The notes: generated by a model not told the origin, from the letters alone. 63,143 bases of DNA, filler included, from Atractiella rhizophila (GCA_021432655.1; 3 parts of 3 records of this genome joined end to end with filler, not necessarily neighbours in it); one strand, 5' to 3'; numbered from the whole stretch's first letter, positions 36,863 to 51,054 are shown. Numbers and translations: made by a program.

Positions 36863-39800
36863 ATGGATTATCAGTCTCTCCATAATCGGCGCCTAATACA
36901 TTCTCACGGTCTGAGGCACGGCTTATTCGCAGCTCTCCCAACGCCAGCTCCCCCTGCACAACTTCCGCACCTTGAGAAGGTTCCACAGGAAGCACTGCTA
37001 AAACAACTAGAGTCTCTCGTCATCTCCCAAGGTGGCTCAGAATGGTCCCCTCACAGCGGATTACGAGCGAAAATGAAATGGAAAATATATAGTGAGGAGG
37101 GTGAGAAAGTAAAGGAGGCAATGGAGCGCGTTTTTGGTCGAAAATGGCTTCAAGAGGAGGAGGAGGATGATTTTCTACCTCGTACGCATTTCTACACGAG
37201 AGGTGGATGGATAATGAGAGTCGGGTGGTAGCTCTGAGACGGGAGAAGATCTCATTTACGGAGGATGATGACTATATTCTTCCACGCTTTCGAAAACCCA
37301 AAAAACCGCCCCTTGCAGTTCCCCCACCGCCGCCGTTCCAGACTTCCCCTCTGCCCTTTTCACCTCCAGCTTTAGACAAGCCGGCAGACATCTTACGGGA
37401 AATGATGTAAGTCGTCTCTTGTTCTGATGATACAAATCTAAGCCTTTATGTGCTTGGTTCCAGGAAGAAACGCGCGAAGCGCGAGCACATTGCCGCCCTC
37501 AAAGAGGCCATTTCTACCCTCCATCGACCTCCTTCCCCCTCGCCTCCTCCTTCCCCCCTACCTGACATCTCGCTCACTCCGACCTCACTTTTAGACCTCC
37601 AGTGCGAGAAGCCAATCTTCGTGCGACCGTCACTCTCCAAGGTCGAGCGCTTTCGGGAAGCGGCCATTATGACAGCGATAAAGGAGATGAAAAGAAGTAA
37701 ATTGGAGCATAGGGCAGAGAAGGGAGTCTCTATGGAAGCGCTGAACGAGTTTGGTGCGTCGGGTCACTGAAAGAAAGGTGATCTCACGGTGAAAACAGAG
37801 GGTTTGACTCTACTCAAAGAGTGGGAAGGAATGAACATGGAGGAAATATGCGGGAAAGTGGAAGGATGGGAAGATGACACGTTTGAGCTGCCTGAGAAGC
37901 TGATTGACGATGTAGAAAGCTTGTTCGAAGGGTCGGATTGTGGAGCAGGGGGAGAAGGAGTTGTCGGAGAGAGGATAACTATGTGCTCAGACGACGTTAC
38001 GATGGAGGATGCTGCAGATACCGACCGTGCCAAATTGGATTTGAATACTTCGAAATTGACGATGACCGGTACGCCGCTTCACCTATCCCATTTCCCTTTC
38101 AAAATCTTATACGAGTCTCTTGTGATCTGTAATAGGGGACATAGAAGAGGCATCGGAGAGCGGAACGTGCAGGGGGCAGGAGCTGCGGCCAGGTCGGCCA
38201 TTTATTTCACTTTCAAACGGTGAGCATCATACTGACCGAGGTACCTCGGTAGATTTTCACGCAAACGACGACGAAGGGCGGTATAATCTGTGAGCTTGAC
38301 AGATGCTGATGCTACGCTCCAGCGAACTTACCATCCCATAGTGTGCAGACGAACTGGCCACATGCTAGTTTCCCTCATAATCCTAATACTGCATCAACGC
38401 ATTTCTCGACCTCTTCTCCGGCAGAAGTAGAGGAACGTACGAAGTCGAAATCGGCTGATCGGCCGCTCTTCCTTCCTAACTCCACTCCATCCATTCATTC
38501 CAGCCCTACTGGGAGGGAATGCCCCCAACTTTCTGATGAGACAACGTCGAGTGTCCAGCGGAGACCTTTTGTGCACGCTCCATTCCCACCCCCACCGTGC
38601 ATTGAACTAGTCAAATGGAGCGACCGAGTGATCCCATTCGTTATGGAAAAGGAAGATGCTCCTCTGCCGATGGGCAAGGAAGAACTACGCCAGGATGTCG
38701 ATTTAAAAGACTATAGCTTTGATGCGGACGAAGAAGATTTCGATGAGTTGGACGAATTCCCCATAGGTTTGAACTCTGTGCTAGAAGAGGCTGGGCAGAC
38801 GGAGACAGTCATGATATGGCATAATGTGAAGGACGAAGAGGTGGATTGGTTTGGTGTAAAGGAAGAAGAGGAGCTGGATGAGTTGAGCAGCGATATGGAG
38901 GAGGATCCATCAGGTCTGCCCGTTGAATCTCAGTCGATCCGAGCCGAAGGAGAGGAGGGAGAACACCCGCCTGTGCCACAGGTAGATGAAGCATGGTTTT
39001 CTCCCATGTGCCTAGAACCTACCGAGGACCCTTGGCAGCTGGAAGAGGATTTGGGGATGCTTCCTTCGGGCGTGGAGCTCAAGAATGTTCTGCGGAGCGT
39101 GGAGGGAGACGGCCATGATCGTCGGAGTACACCGTCAAAACCAATCATGGAGCTCGAGAATATTATGGATTCGGCAGTTCCAAACACTGTGGCCCAACGT
39201 GTGTCAGAATGTAAAATGTCGAGAAGGACATTGGACGAGCTCATCCCTCGTCAACAGGTAGACAATGGGATCAAGGAGAGGCTTGCCAAGTATGAGTCGA
39301 TGGACGAAGCACGGTCAAACGGATTGGACAGCTTCCTACGTATTCGTGGCCGGACAGTTGCAACGAAGCAGACGCAAGTTGCCGTTCACCCTTTGCCAGA
39401 GCTACCCAATGCTTCGAATGAAGGACGAAGCCCGTCTCCCGAGCCAAGTGGTTCTCTTGACGTTGTTCAAGTCGTCTGCCCTCCTCATCTCCTGCGGGAC
39501 ATACGCCGGAGTATGGTACTGAAGAAGTGGAATTTGGACCTTGTCGAGCGTCATGGTGGGGTTCTCGACTACCTCATCGTCGATGGGACCAGCTGTGTCA
39601 TTTTTTATCCTTTGATTTCGATCGAAGAGGTCGAAAAGGCAGACCTGTTCATGGATCGCCTTTCTGCGTTCAGTCACGCTTTCGACACGATATTGATCGT
39701 CTTCGAAGCCCTCGACTCGAGGAGAAACCGCTCGGACATGTGGGTCGATACACAGTTGAGAGAAAGGCTGGAGAGCGAACTGGGAGAAATGTGTCTCCAG

Positions 39801-40347
39801 CTGGATTTCTCAGCGAGTCTCAAGTATTCGGCTGCGCTGGCGAGAGCATTTGTTGACAGACGTATGGGAGAAGGTCGAAGACGAGGGGATTATATGTGGA
39901 CTTTTGAGAGGAGTTGGTTGAAGGACGAAGCCTCAGAGGTGAGTCTCATTTATCTCTGGAACTTCAATGGATCTTGAGAACTGAATCCGGTCACAGGACG
40001 AAGCCCATTTACTTCAAATTCCATACTTCAATCCCCTTAATGCCGCCTTCATTTGCTCACAGTACTCGATCGACGATATGATCGCAATGAGTGGACGGCA
40101 ACGGAAGGCCCTATGTCCGCCTTCCATATGCTTGCCAAAAGCGGTAGAAGAGATGAACGAGCGGCTGGGGAGAGATGTAGATGATATCCTTCTCGAGAGA
40201 AGCATAGGGAACGAGGTATCTTCATCAAAGGCACGTCTTGATGGATGGAAGCACGAGGGCTGTCGAGAAGACGACGCCGACGAGATTGAGATTGAGACCG
40301 GTTTTGATTATGATTTCACGATACCAGAAGTGTTCGAGGAGTCGTGA
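36863..40347 (+). CDS. Large acidic/disordered protein with C-terminal XPF/ERCC4-like and HhH-like region; Zip2/SHOC1-like meiotic crossover factor candidate
   Basis: Multi-exon with GT-AG introns (e.g. 37182-37231). C-terminal LDLVERH..DYLIVDGTSCVIF..FDTILIVFE..EDEAHLLQIPYFNPLNAAFICSQYSIDDMIAMS. Confidence 0.55.
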
Positions 40348-43300
40348 CATGATGAAGACAGCTGGTCGCCAGGTGCTGGGAAGACGTACTGTTTTGTGTT
40401 GTTGTAAGAGTTTAACCTTCGTATGCTTTGCAGTTCTGGTCATCCAAGCAACACATTTATGACCCTCTTCGAATATTGTTACAACACAAATTTAAGTGAG
40501 TTCTGCTCCTGCGACAGCAAGAAGATCGTTCTGGCACCCACCAAGATGTTAAACATGATACATGACGAAAGTCAGAAGTGTGGGCAATTCTAATTTTTGT
40601 GTGGTGAAAAGGAAGCTCTCATCCATGCACCAAAACAACAAATGGTCAAGCCAACAATAAATGGAGCATTGATATCCAGGACGATCAAACTTACTCCTAA
40701 ATATAATATTTGAGCGCGTTCAGAACTGATCTTGAACGACCTTGGGGCTTCAGACAGAACCCAAAACAAGGCTGCACACAATCCTGTTCGCTTCACGCGA
40801 CGCTTTTGAGAGAAGAAACAGAGATCACAGACACATTCTATTGAAACCAATCACCAGAATATGAAGTACGACTAACACACCTTGTTAGAACAACAACAGG
40901 TTGCTTCTTGAAATTGTAACAAGAAAAACTGAAACCAAAGATCAAAAACCAAGAAAGAGATTGAAACCAAGAAACGAATTCACCAGAGAAATACGAAGGA
41001 AACAATACAGCGACCGTAAACAAAGATATAAACAGAAACTAATCTTCGTCAAAAGAAATCGAAACGCCGAATCGAAAACTCGTCACACCACAAGGTACGA
41101 GGGTTTGGATAATCTTCACGGTGGTGCGGTCCACTCCTTCGATGGACACGTCGAGGCCTGAAGCTTCCGCCGTCAGGATCTTCAGGTTTTGCAGGGGTAA
41201 CGCGGATCGTCTTAATATGCTCGAGAACTTCTTGACGAAACGAAAGACCGGCTTCTCAGTCTTGAATATCTCGAACGTAGCTAACCGTCGTCCCCTCAAA
41301 AGGAGGGTGAGGGAGACGGTCCACATCTCTCGTGCTTCTTCAAATCGCTCGGAGCAAGCTTCCACCAAAACAAGGAATGGGAACGTTTGCTCGTACAGCG
41401 CCATCAACAGGGGTAGTACCCTGTTGGACAGATTTCTGAGAACAGGGTAAACATTCGTAAACCAGCTCTTTAAAAACCCTTTGGTAGCCATCATGCCCTC
41501 CTCTAACCGTGCCAGGATCAGCTTAAGCTCAAATCCCAACACTGTCTGAGGAAGGCTTCTGCAAGATCGCAGGGCCACAACAACAATCTCAAAAAGGGTG
41601 GAGTTAACCCATAGAAGGTCCGCCAACTCTTTCCAGAGTTGGACGTCCACTTCTTCTCCGTTATTGGAGGCGGCCTCGCAATTGAGGACCTTAGAGGGTA
41701 CTGCGACGCATCGCTGCTCCGAAACGAGGCAAGACTGGGACTGGATCGACGAGACATTGAGAGGAAGAGGATCGACAATCAACTCAGTCTTCGAAACGGA
41801 AGGAGGATTCGAGGTTATGGGACGAGGAGAGGGAGAGAACAGCGACGAGATCGTCTTGACCGTCGCGGAGAACTTGGAGGCAATACGATCTCGCGAACAT
41901 CTTAAGGCAGGAGTGGGAGAGGTCAATATAGGAGCAGCGTTCTTCACAGAAGAACGCATCAGTCACTGCAAGGAGAAGAGAAGTTACATTGCAAGACGAA
42001 CCACGCTGTTGCTCGCTGGAGCAGCGCGGCATCGATTGTGGAGGATGATGACTTCGGGTTGTTCATTCTCGCGTGGGATGAAAGGGATAGGGTCGAAGCC
42101 CTCGTTTTGGATGGAATCGACAACGCTTGTTGCAACGCAAGTTCGAGCGGGGGAGAGGAGCCTTGCAGCGGGAGAGGAGAAGCGCGACGATTTGGTGGCC
42201 ATCTTGAGCGTTAAAATTGAGAGCTGTGGATGTGAGGAGAGGGAGACGGCGATGAATACGTGTTTTGAGAGGAGTAGACGTCCAAAAAAGCGAATAATAT
42301 GCTAGTGCTAATTGCGAAACGAAATGCTCTGCTTGCTTTTGCCCGAAATGCTGAAAATGAGAACAGCTATTCGTCGTCGTAGTTTTTTGATTGTGGTCGT
42401 AATTGGAGGAATTGTAAGCAGTCGTTAGCCCCTTTTTGTGCCCTTCCCTGCGCTCCCGCTGCTGGAACCCAGTATGGGAAAATTCCCATCATCCCGCCTG
42501 CTTACTCCGCCGTCATCCTACATCACCTCCATTCCTGCCAGAATCTCTCATGAGCACCACCCGTCTGAGGAGTCATATTTGGTGGATATTATGTATTTTA
42601 TGGTCATGTAGAATCGACAAGGGATTCGGTGAAGGATGGCAACTTGAAGCAATTGCGGTGTAGAAGTTTTCGTGAGAAATTGCACTGCGGTGCCAGATTT
42701 GTGGCTTGATACGGGTAACAATTAGCAGTCGGTAGCTGCTGCCATCGATTATTCGTGTATCTGCATGATTTGGCGAAGAAGCTGAGAAAAACAAAGTCCC
42801 AACAATGCATGACGGGAGCGTGGATTAGGTGCTGAAGTTAGAGATCCTCGGGGAACAGAGAAGAGGCCAACTCTTCTACGCGACGTATGTTCTCCTTCGT
42901 CGATATATGACGTCTCCAGTACCATCACCCTTTCCGTCCTTGCTTATGACTCCGTAAACCCGTAGTTGCAAAAGTACGGCTAACTCGCTTAACCTTAGTG
43001 AACTTCCCGCTGACCCATCTGAAGATTAAATTGGCTGAGAACTGAGTGTGCTGGAGAGTTCGATATGGATACAGATATGGATAGTTGTTGTGGCGAGTTA
43101 GCGCCAATACTGGTCAGTTCTGTTTAATGGAGCTTCAATTTCAACAGTCCCTTCAAGGTAACATAGGTCGTCATATGTGTACTACTTTGAGAATCGTCGA
43201 GCGCATCAGGACGCCATTACATCTGTCACAGGTCGTTGTGCTTCTGCTGCAATGCTGGTTCTTGGCGCACAATGGATGGCTCGTTCACGAACTTCATCCA

Positions 43301-43540
43301 ACATGACTTGTGTTTCCTCCAACATCGTCTTCAGGAGTTGCAGTTTGATGAAGGCCGCGTTTCTGATCAGAAAACGAGTCGGTCTAAGAACACGGACGAA
43401 TTCAGCCCTTTTGTTTCTGGAAGATGATGGCTACAATCAGGGATCTTACCAGTCATAATATTGATATTGAGGTGTTTGTTGTTTGGCTCAAAGCAGTCGA
43501 GGAGGACGGGTACCTTCCCTGGCTGTCCTTTTCACATCAA
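40170..43540 (-). repeat. Copy A of ~3.4-kb duplicated unit (inverted relative to 57159-60790)
   Basis: Reverse-complement colinearity throughout. The encoded ORFs are nearly identical. Confidence 0.93.
41039..42202 (-). CDS. Orphan ~367-aa two-exon protein, copy A
   Basis: MATKSSRFSSPAARLLSPART..SNSV|NAAPILTSP..ISFDED*. Frame and intron (gttcgt..ctgat..aag) are conserved in copy B. No recognisable domain. Confidence 0.6.
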
Positions 43541-43544
43541 AAAG

Positions 43545-43775
43545 AGAAAAGCGAATAATATGCGAGTGCTAATTGCGAAACGAAATGCTCTGCTTGCTTT
43601 ACTCGAAATGATGACAGTGAGAACAGCTATTCGTCGTCGTAGTTTTTTGATGGTGGTCGTAATTGGAGGGATCGTAAGCAGTTGTTAGCCCCTTTTTGTG
43701 CCCTTCCCTGCTCCCGCTGCTGGAACCCAGTATGGGAAAATTCCCATCTACCCGCCTGGTGACTCCGCCGTCATC
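43545..43775. repeat. ~230-bp direct repeat of 42286-42515 (upstream region of the orphan gene)
   Basis: aaaagcgaataatatgc..gttagccccctttttgtgcccttccctg..gggaaaattcccatc occurs twice here, and inverted near 58420-58640 and 62580-62810. Confidence 0.85.
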
Positions 43776-44567
43776 CAGCCACGCCTCTCTTCTCAGTACG
43801 TTCAATCCGCTTGTTCTTCCATACAGCGCTTTTCGACAGGCTTTTAAGCAATAGACAGAGATATCAGCCATATTACGCGCGTTTCCTGGAATGAAGTCGT
43901 TGCCCGTAGTGCTGCGGAAGGTTGATGGGAAAGAAGTGCAGAGCTGCGGGATAAAAGTACTCTAACCATCACCTGGCCGCCTCATGTATTACAATCGATG
44001 AAGAATAATCGATATAATCACCTATGTTTGTATCAAAGTCATAACTGGTACGTGAGGCGATGAAATGTCAATGCGCACGCTGAACAAAGTGTGTAATCAT
44101 CCCCTCATCTAACCCTCGTCTTTCTTCCCCGTGAGGATTCCAGAGCATTTTGGTCCTCTCTATCCATTTCATTATTCTTGTGCCCTGGCCTGAACACGTA
44201 GTCGCGAAACTACGGCTGAATTGCTACCCCGCTCACGTGACCATTTCAACACGTTGTAGCTGTGGGAGAGAGGAGCAAGGGGGGTGATGCTTTAGGAGGG
44301 CGCAAGTTGAAACGGTTTACTGTGAGCTTTACACTCTATTTCCATTTTTGAAGGGAATGAGAGGATGCAGCGTGTCAGCTGAAGTTTCGGATACGCGTCC
44401 AGCGTATATCTGAATGGCTGACTGTCGTGTATTTGAAGTTCTTATTAGTTGGTGCAGCACATTTTTATTGTGTGCACATTTCTTTGAAAAATCTCCTTTC
44501 GATGACTGGATTTATTCATGTAAGGAAGTTTCTGCATTTGGTTCCAGCTCCTGGAAATGTTGACAAG

Positions 44568-45726
44568 TTACCCCTCATTTTTCTCCAATCTTTTTTAGCA
44601 TACTCTGCATAACCGTCTCCTTTTCATCCAAAGTCTTCTTTATCGGCTCAATGCTCATGATCTTTGCGTGCCACTTCTCGACGTTGGGGTATGTGCCTGG
44701 CTTAATTTCTGGGAACTGGAATCCCGGCACACCTGTGTATCCAGGCCCATTGAACGGCTGTAGACAATCATTCGTTAAGAGGAAAGAAGCGAGAGCAAAA
44801 GACGAGACGGACGATTATGTTCCAATGCAAAAAGGCGAGGTCAGCAATTGTGAACCTGCCTCCTACGAGCCAACCTTCTTTCGACTTGGATAGGATGTCT
44901 TCTAGCACACCGAGTACTCTGTGGATCTCGGCAATGTACCTCTCAATCGCAGAAGGGATCTGCTCCGAATGCCATTTTCCAAAGTGCACCCACTGACCGA
45001 AGCTTTATCACTGAGTTATTAGCCCAGCTGAGGCAAGCAATAGACAGTACATACTAAGGTCCTTGACCGCTTGCTGTGACCTTCATCAATATTTCTCATG
45101 GAAGTTCTCGAAAGCTTACCCTGGAAAAAGAGATACTGCAACTGGAGTATTTTCTCCTCTTCCGTTTTAGCCGATATCTTTCTATCAGTGTCATATCTGA
45201 AAGGGATGTCAGAGCAGTGTCCCGATGACCCAGAACGTTCCTGCCTACCTGTCAACGAGATAGAGCAAGATGGCGTTAGATTCCCAGAGCGTAAAATTGT
45301 TGTTCTTGTGGTCCACAATAGCCCTAGAACCCTCATCACGTTATTACGTTGTCTTTGGTTTAGGACAACTGATGCAGCTTACGGTACGCGACCATTTGGA
45401 TTAAGCTTAGCAGGACAAGTCGTCAGCTTGCTAAATGAGATTCCAATACCCTTGATTCACCTTTGTGTATTCTGGCTGCTTCTGCTCCCCTGTTTGAAGA
45501 GTCAACAACTGACGAGAAGTCTCGGTAGGATAGACGAAGGAGATGTGCATACCTGCTAGGGTATTTAACATTTTGTGCTCATATTTTACGCCCAACAACT
45601 CCAGCGCAGCCGCTACCTTCCAAGGCTGGGATGGGGCTGCTGTCAATCATCTCGCTCATTCAGAAAGAAAAGACTACTGACATTTACGGAAATGGAGCCG
45701 TAGAGAGTGATATCGGGTTGAGACAT
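44568..45726 (-). CDS. Glutathione S-transferase, Ure2p-like (copy A), many small exons
   Basis: MSQPDITLYG..PWKVAAALELLG..LNPNGRVP..LWESNAILLYL..ASGQGP..FGQWVHF..RYIAEIHRVLGVLE..FTIADLAFLHWN. Confidence 0.92.
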
Positions 45727-45825
45727 TGTCGCTTTGAGGTTTGAAACTTGAAAAATGTGGCGCACTCTTGTTTTCTCAGTCTTCTTAGCCTTCTTGTTGA
45801 GAGCTAGGGAGTTAGACCACTGCTC

Positions 45826-45832
45826 TTTTATA
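45826..45832 (-). promoter_or_regulatory. TATA-like box of GST copy A
   Basis: TATAAAA ~100 nt upstream of the ATG; equivalent position to the TATAAA of GST copy B. Confidence 0.45.
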
Positions 45833-46485
45833 GCTACCACATCAAAGCTTCTGAACGGCTGTCATTGCGTGCCCTTCTGTCGATATTGTACCTGGCATAG
45901 CTGTCTCTGTATGCGCAACGGAGAGATGGAACTTAGACCCCCTGTTCGTCACAAGTATGAGTAGTAAGTTTGTAAGCGATGTATTGGGATTGTCATGTTA
46001 CGATGTCAGCTTCCGAAATCTGGTAGGGAGTGGGCTCAACGGTGTCACGGGTACGAGTAAATAGTTTGTAAGCCCTATCCTGGTATGACGGTCAGCTTGT
46101 GGCATGTGTCAGGAGTAGACTCTCCAATGTAGGTGCCACGACAGAAAGCGTACTGACACTGAGGGTCCGAAGCTGAGAGAGCCCCGTCATCGTCGCCGTC
46201 AACCCCTTGACGCCCGTGTCATGCCGGTCAGGAGGGAATCAGAATCAAATCATCCTCTGCACTCATTCCCCCCAGGTTAGAGTTGTTCATGCAGCACATT
46301 GAGCTCTCACGGTGAATCAAGAAACATCAAATAATATTCTTGGATCAACATTGCCTATATGATACGTTAAAAACATAACTACCGTCCCACCCTCTTCGTG
46401 CACAGTTGACAACATGGCACTGACTGCAAGCGTGTACTAATGCAATACAACAGAAACCGAAATCCGAAATTAGTTAATCTGCACC

Positions 46486-49400
46486 TCAACGTCCTCGTCC
46501 TCTGCCACGCCAACCTGGCGGCCGGTAGCCTGAATGGAACCCAGAAGGACCTCGTGGTACTCCTAACCCTCATAGATCAATAACTAATAACTGTCACAAA
46601 AAAACGCATGCGTACCATCGAAACGGCCCCTATAATCCGTATCTCTATCTCTATCTCTCTCTCGGTCCTCTCGAGGGCCCGTGGGTACACCAGCAGGTAG
46701 TCTTGATGTTCCAGGTGGTGGTGAGACTTGCTCTCGAAGGGCTCGAGGAGCTCGAGGGAGGTCTGGATCCCATCCCCTAGGTCCAGAAGGTGGGGCAGCA
46801 CCTCTCCCAAACCTCCCTTGATTTGGAGAGCCGTAGTTTCTTGGTCCCTTGGGCAGATTCTCCATATCCTGACTGAGAGACCTGGGAGGGTTGAATGAAG
46901 GCGAGTTGGGGAGAGAGCCTGCGTTTATATTAGGGGAAGCAAAAGGAAGAGATCTCCTTGAAAAGCTTGAATCTCCAGGCTTTTGAGATAATGGATTGTT
47001 GAAGGATGGACGACTCGAGATGGCTGACCGTGGACTATTCCGGTTGGGGTCTTCGATTAACCGCCGAGGTTCGGTCGGAGGAGCAGAACCTAGCGGTGTA
47101 TCGATTTTGTGTGGTGATCCGGAAACACTCCCCGGTTCTAAGAGAGAAGGTAACAGGGCTTTCTGAGAAGGGGGTGAGAGAGGACCCGAAGCGAGTGATG
47201 TTCCCGTAAGCTCGTCGTACGCAGTCATTTTGCGACTTGGTGACATCCTGGCGGAAGGCAAATGAATTGATGATGGGGCAACCCTAAGTGGTTCTTTGAC
47301 CGGTTCGGGGGGTATCTCTCCAGGCTCAATGTTTGACTTCTCCTTCAATCGATCGCGATATGCTGCAAAGCTCATTTTCTTTCTCGGCGGTTCCTGAGTC
47401 GGAGGAGCCGCTGGTTCCACCTTTTCGCTCAACGTTGGCGCAGGTACAGAAGGCATTGCAGCGGTTGGAGTCGGCCCTGGAGTGATTTGTTGCCCAGGAA
47501 TAGTTTGTAGAAGCGGCGGAAGAGGACTTTGCCTATTTGGAGCCTCCATACTGGAAAGTATCTGCCCGCTGGTGCTGAGTAGCGGTGCAGACGGCGACAG
47601 TTGGGTGATGCTTTGATCTCTCGCAATCCATCGATCTCCCGCATCAGGCGGAGCAGTAAGGCTTGGACCCGCACCGTCTTCGCTCCCGCTCGGCTTGCTA
47701 CCAAGCGGCATAGGATCGATGCCTACGCTACTGTCTGACTGAGCCGGTTGTGGACGTGGGACGAGGTTGAAGAGTGAAGAAAGCGGATCGGGCTGAGATT
47801 TTGACGGCTGAAAGGATGAGGGCATAACGGCAGCGACATCACCAGACGATAGAAGAAGGCTGTCAACAACCAACTCCTTACGTTGCCTAGGTTGTTCTGT
47901 GGATGGTGTAGGCATGACTTCTGCGGCGGCTGATTTATCGAGAATGTCAACATCCATAGAGGTTCCTGCGTCCAGAGCTGTTTCGGCAACTCGAGGTAGT
48001 AATGGTTCTGGTGGAAAAGAGAGTCCTGCAGCTGAGGCACAGGGTTGTTGCGATGCTACAGGATTTGCTGGCACATCAGGAGTCACAAGGCTAACCGTCG
48101 AGGTATCCAAGGCTTTCCTCTTCGAGTACTCCTTCATCGACAACATCTTCTTCCCCTTCTTCTCTGCAGGTACCTTCTCCTCATCCACCTCCATCGCTAG
48201 TACTTCCCGTCGCCTTGGCTCCGGCTCCAGCTTCTGTTCTGGCTGAAGAATGGGCGGCGGTTCCCCCTGCGGTTCGATCTGCACATTTACATCCACGGGC
48301 GGGACAGAAACTTCACTCTTCTCCACTGGCACCTGGATGCGGGCAAGGTCCTTCTCCTTCTCTCTGTCTTTTTCCACACTTCCACTTCTATTCACATCCA
48401 CATTCGATAATTCCTTCTTCGCCTTCTTCTTTGCCGGGACAACGATCTCCATCTCTTCCTGTTCTTGATCGGCGGTGTGAGCCGGTGGGGAGGGAGGTTC
48501 GTCAGTCGGAATGTCGGACAGCTCTGATTCAGTTTCGACTTCTTCCTCCACTTCAACTCGACTTTCCGCTGGAGGAGGTTTCGGAGAGCCGTGGCTGGAG
48601 ACGGGGCGGGAGGGAGGACTTAGCTGCGTCGGTAAAATAGGTGGCTTGGATACAGCTGGCAGTGGGGTATGTCGATCGACAGACGGGGACGGTGCTGGCC
48701 CAGATGGAGGCGGCTCCTTGGCAGTCAGTGGTTCCAAAGCTCGCACAGGTGAAGTGGCTGCTGGAGGTACTGTAAGGGGAGTTGCGGGGTGGATAGGTGC
48801 CGGTGACGAGTGAGGCGGAAGGGACGGAGCTTTGACGACAGGTGACTGAAGGGGCTGTGATAACCTGTTTAAGGCAGACGCAGCTATCTGCTGCTGCAGA
48901 ATTCTGATAACCAATTATCAGTCTTTATTGTCTCACTGCAAACGAGGCAGAAAAGGACGTACGAGTCTCCCTCTTCCATCTCCGCGTCGCTCTCCTGCTC
49001 CTGCTCCCATCCCTCTCTTGGTTTACAAACCACCCTCCTCCTATCCAGGAGCATGCCCAAGCCGGCAACCAACCCATTGGAAGAGCCCACAGCAGCCACA
49101 CCAGTTGCTGCTTTCGCAGTCTTCTTCTTCCCACCCCCGTTGCCCCACTCCAACAAACTGTCCACCAACTCCACCAACTCCCTATCGTCCCTCTCCTTTC
49201 CCCCGTTCTTTCCATCGTAGATCTCCCAACATCGTCCGAACCAATCCATCCACGCCACAGCACAGCTCCTCTTGTCAGCACATGCACATCCTCCACCCGC
49301 ACCACCAAGGTGTGAGGCCACTTTGGACATCTTGCGGAGCATGACGGTGAGCGAGGGAAGCGGTAGGTTACGGATAGGGGTTAGTGTCGGCTGTGGTTGC

Positions 49401-50796
49401 GAGGAGGAAGGGGGATGAATTGACGATGAAGGGGGTAGATTGGAGAGCGGGATGCGGTTCGAGGGATGGAGGATGTAAGGTAGGACGTGGATGACATGGG
49501 CGTCGTCCCAATCCCAAGGTAGGACGATCTCTTCTCCGCTCTTGATATCCCTCAAAGCAACAATGGCAGGTGTCGGTTCGCCTTCCTGCTGGACCAGCAA
49601 TTTGACCACGGCATTAGGATGGCAACCTCTCCTCGCGAACCTCCCTTCGCTGCCCTTCATCCTCGAATCCACCACCAAGCTCTCCACGACGGGGATCGGT
49701 TTCCCCTTCTTCTTCCCCACCCCCTGAAGGACCACCAGCCGCGCCGCACCTTTGAGACACCCCATGCCCTCATACTGATTCGCTGGATTCCCAATATATT
49801 CCTTCCACTCCATCATCTCTCCCGGATGCTCGATCACCACTGCCTCCCGCCCAATGTCCCTGGTGGCGAAGAGCCCATGAGCCTTGGGAGTCGATAGTTC
49901 CAGACGTGAGACGGCGATGGGTAAGTGGCCGTAGAAGGCGGCGAGGGAGGGAGGTGGCAGGGAGAGGATTTCGACATTGTCTGTTGGCGTAGAGGGCAGA
50001 GGAGGGGAAAGGATGAGCGTGGGGGAGAATGGGTCCTCTGCCCCTCCCGTCCCGATTGAAGAGGGACGGGATCGTGCCAAGCGAGCTTCCCGTGAGAGCA
50101 AGTAGTAGACGAAAGGCTTCTCGCTCGCCGTCCGTGAGAAGTAAGGTACCTTCCAGCTGGATTTGGAGACGTGTGTGTACTCCACTCGCCACGACTGCTC
50201 GTCCTCCTCCCGCATCGGCTTCAGCATGGCACCAGCAGATGTAGGTACCGGCGTGCCATTCGCGCTGCTATTGTTGTTGGTAGCTGGACGCCTTCTCTTC
50301 GGCTTTGGAGCCTGCTGGGCCTGTTGCTGTTCCTCGACCTCCGTACTCTCTCTCCGTCGCTTGTTTCCCGCACCTCCACTTCCCATCCCAACCACACCGT
50401 TCGCTCCAACCCCGTGTCCCTGGAACTGTTGCTGCTCCAACGCCTTCTTCTTCATCTCTACCCATCCCACAACGTCCACCATTCATCATAAGGATGAGGA
50501 AGAAGTAAGCGAAGAGAAAGAGAAGACGGACCTCCCCACTCGCGCATCCTCCTGTCAGCCTCTTCCCTGCTCACCCAACCCCTCTCCAACCTGGGATCGC
50601 AGACGAAACACTCAAACCGCATGCTGGCCATGACCTCACTGGGCGTGGTGAGGGGGATGCCGGCGCAGAGGTAGTGCATCCACAACCCACACGAGTCGCA
50701 GGCTATCATCTCCTGCTCCTGTTCGACCTCGTGGTAGTATGCCGAACAGAGACACCGCGTCGTGTTGGATTCGAGAATCGTTTGGAGCGATGACAT
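46486..50796 (-). CDS. PHD + SET domain chromatin protein, Set3/Set4 (MLL5)-like, with long Pro-rich tail
   Basis: PHD: RCLC..MIACDSCGLWMHYLC..FECFVC. SET: GLFATRDI..VVDSRMKGSEGRFARRGCHPNA..ALRDIKSGEEIVLPWDWD, with the degenerate NHS motif typical of Set3. Last exon ends GWRGRGRGR*. Confidence 0.85.
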
Positions 50797-51054
50797 GGCA
50801 TTAGGTAGGTATAGATAGTTGTACGCGTGGAAGAAGATGGTCGTTTCGATTTTGCTCAGTCCTCAGATTTGCGAATGATGAGTCATCTGGAGACACAACC
50901 AACAACAGTTGGTAATGTTCACTCTGGAGGAACAAGATGATTGGTATGCAGGAGTGAATACAGTTTCAAGGGATGATTTCCTTTCTTTCTTTCAAATTTC
51001 ATGCATGATGTACACGTCTCCTTCCGAACCCAACCCAGGATTGAACACGAGAAT

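Noticed and set aside
41598..42305. 235-aa plus-strand ORF in unit A
   Set aside because: Antisense shadow of the orphan gene; interrupted by a stop in copy B.
43177..43460. Short ORFs at the distal end of the duplicated unit
   Set aside because: Frames differ between copies (indel near 57419) and there is no recognisable domain.
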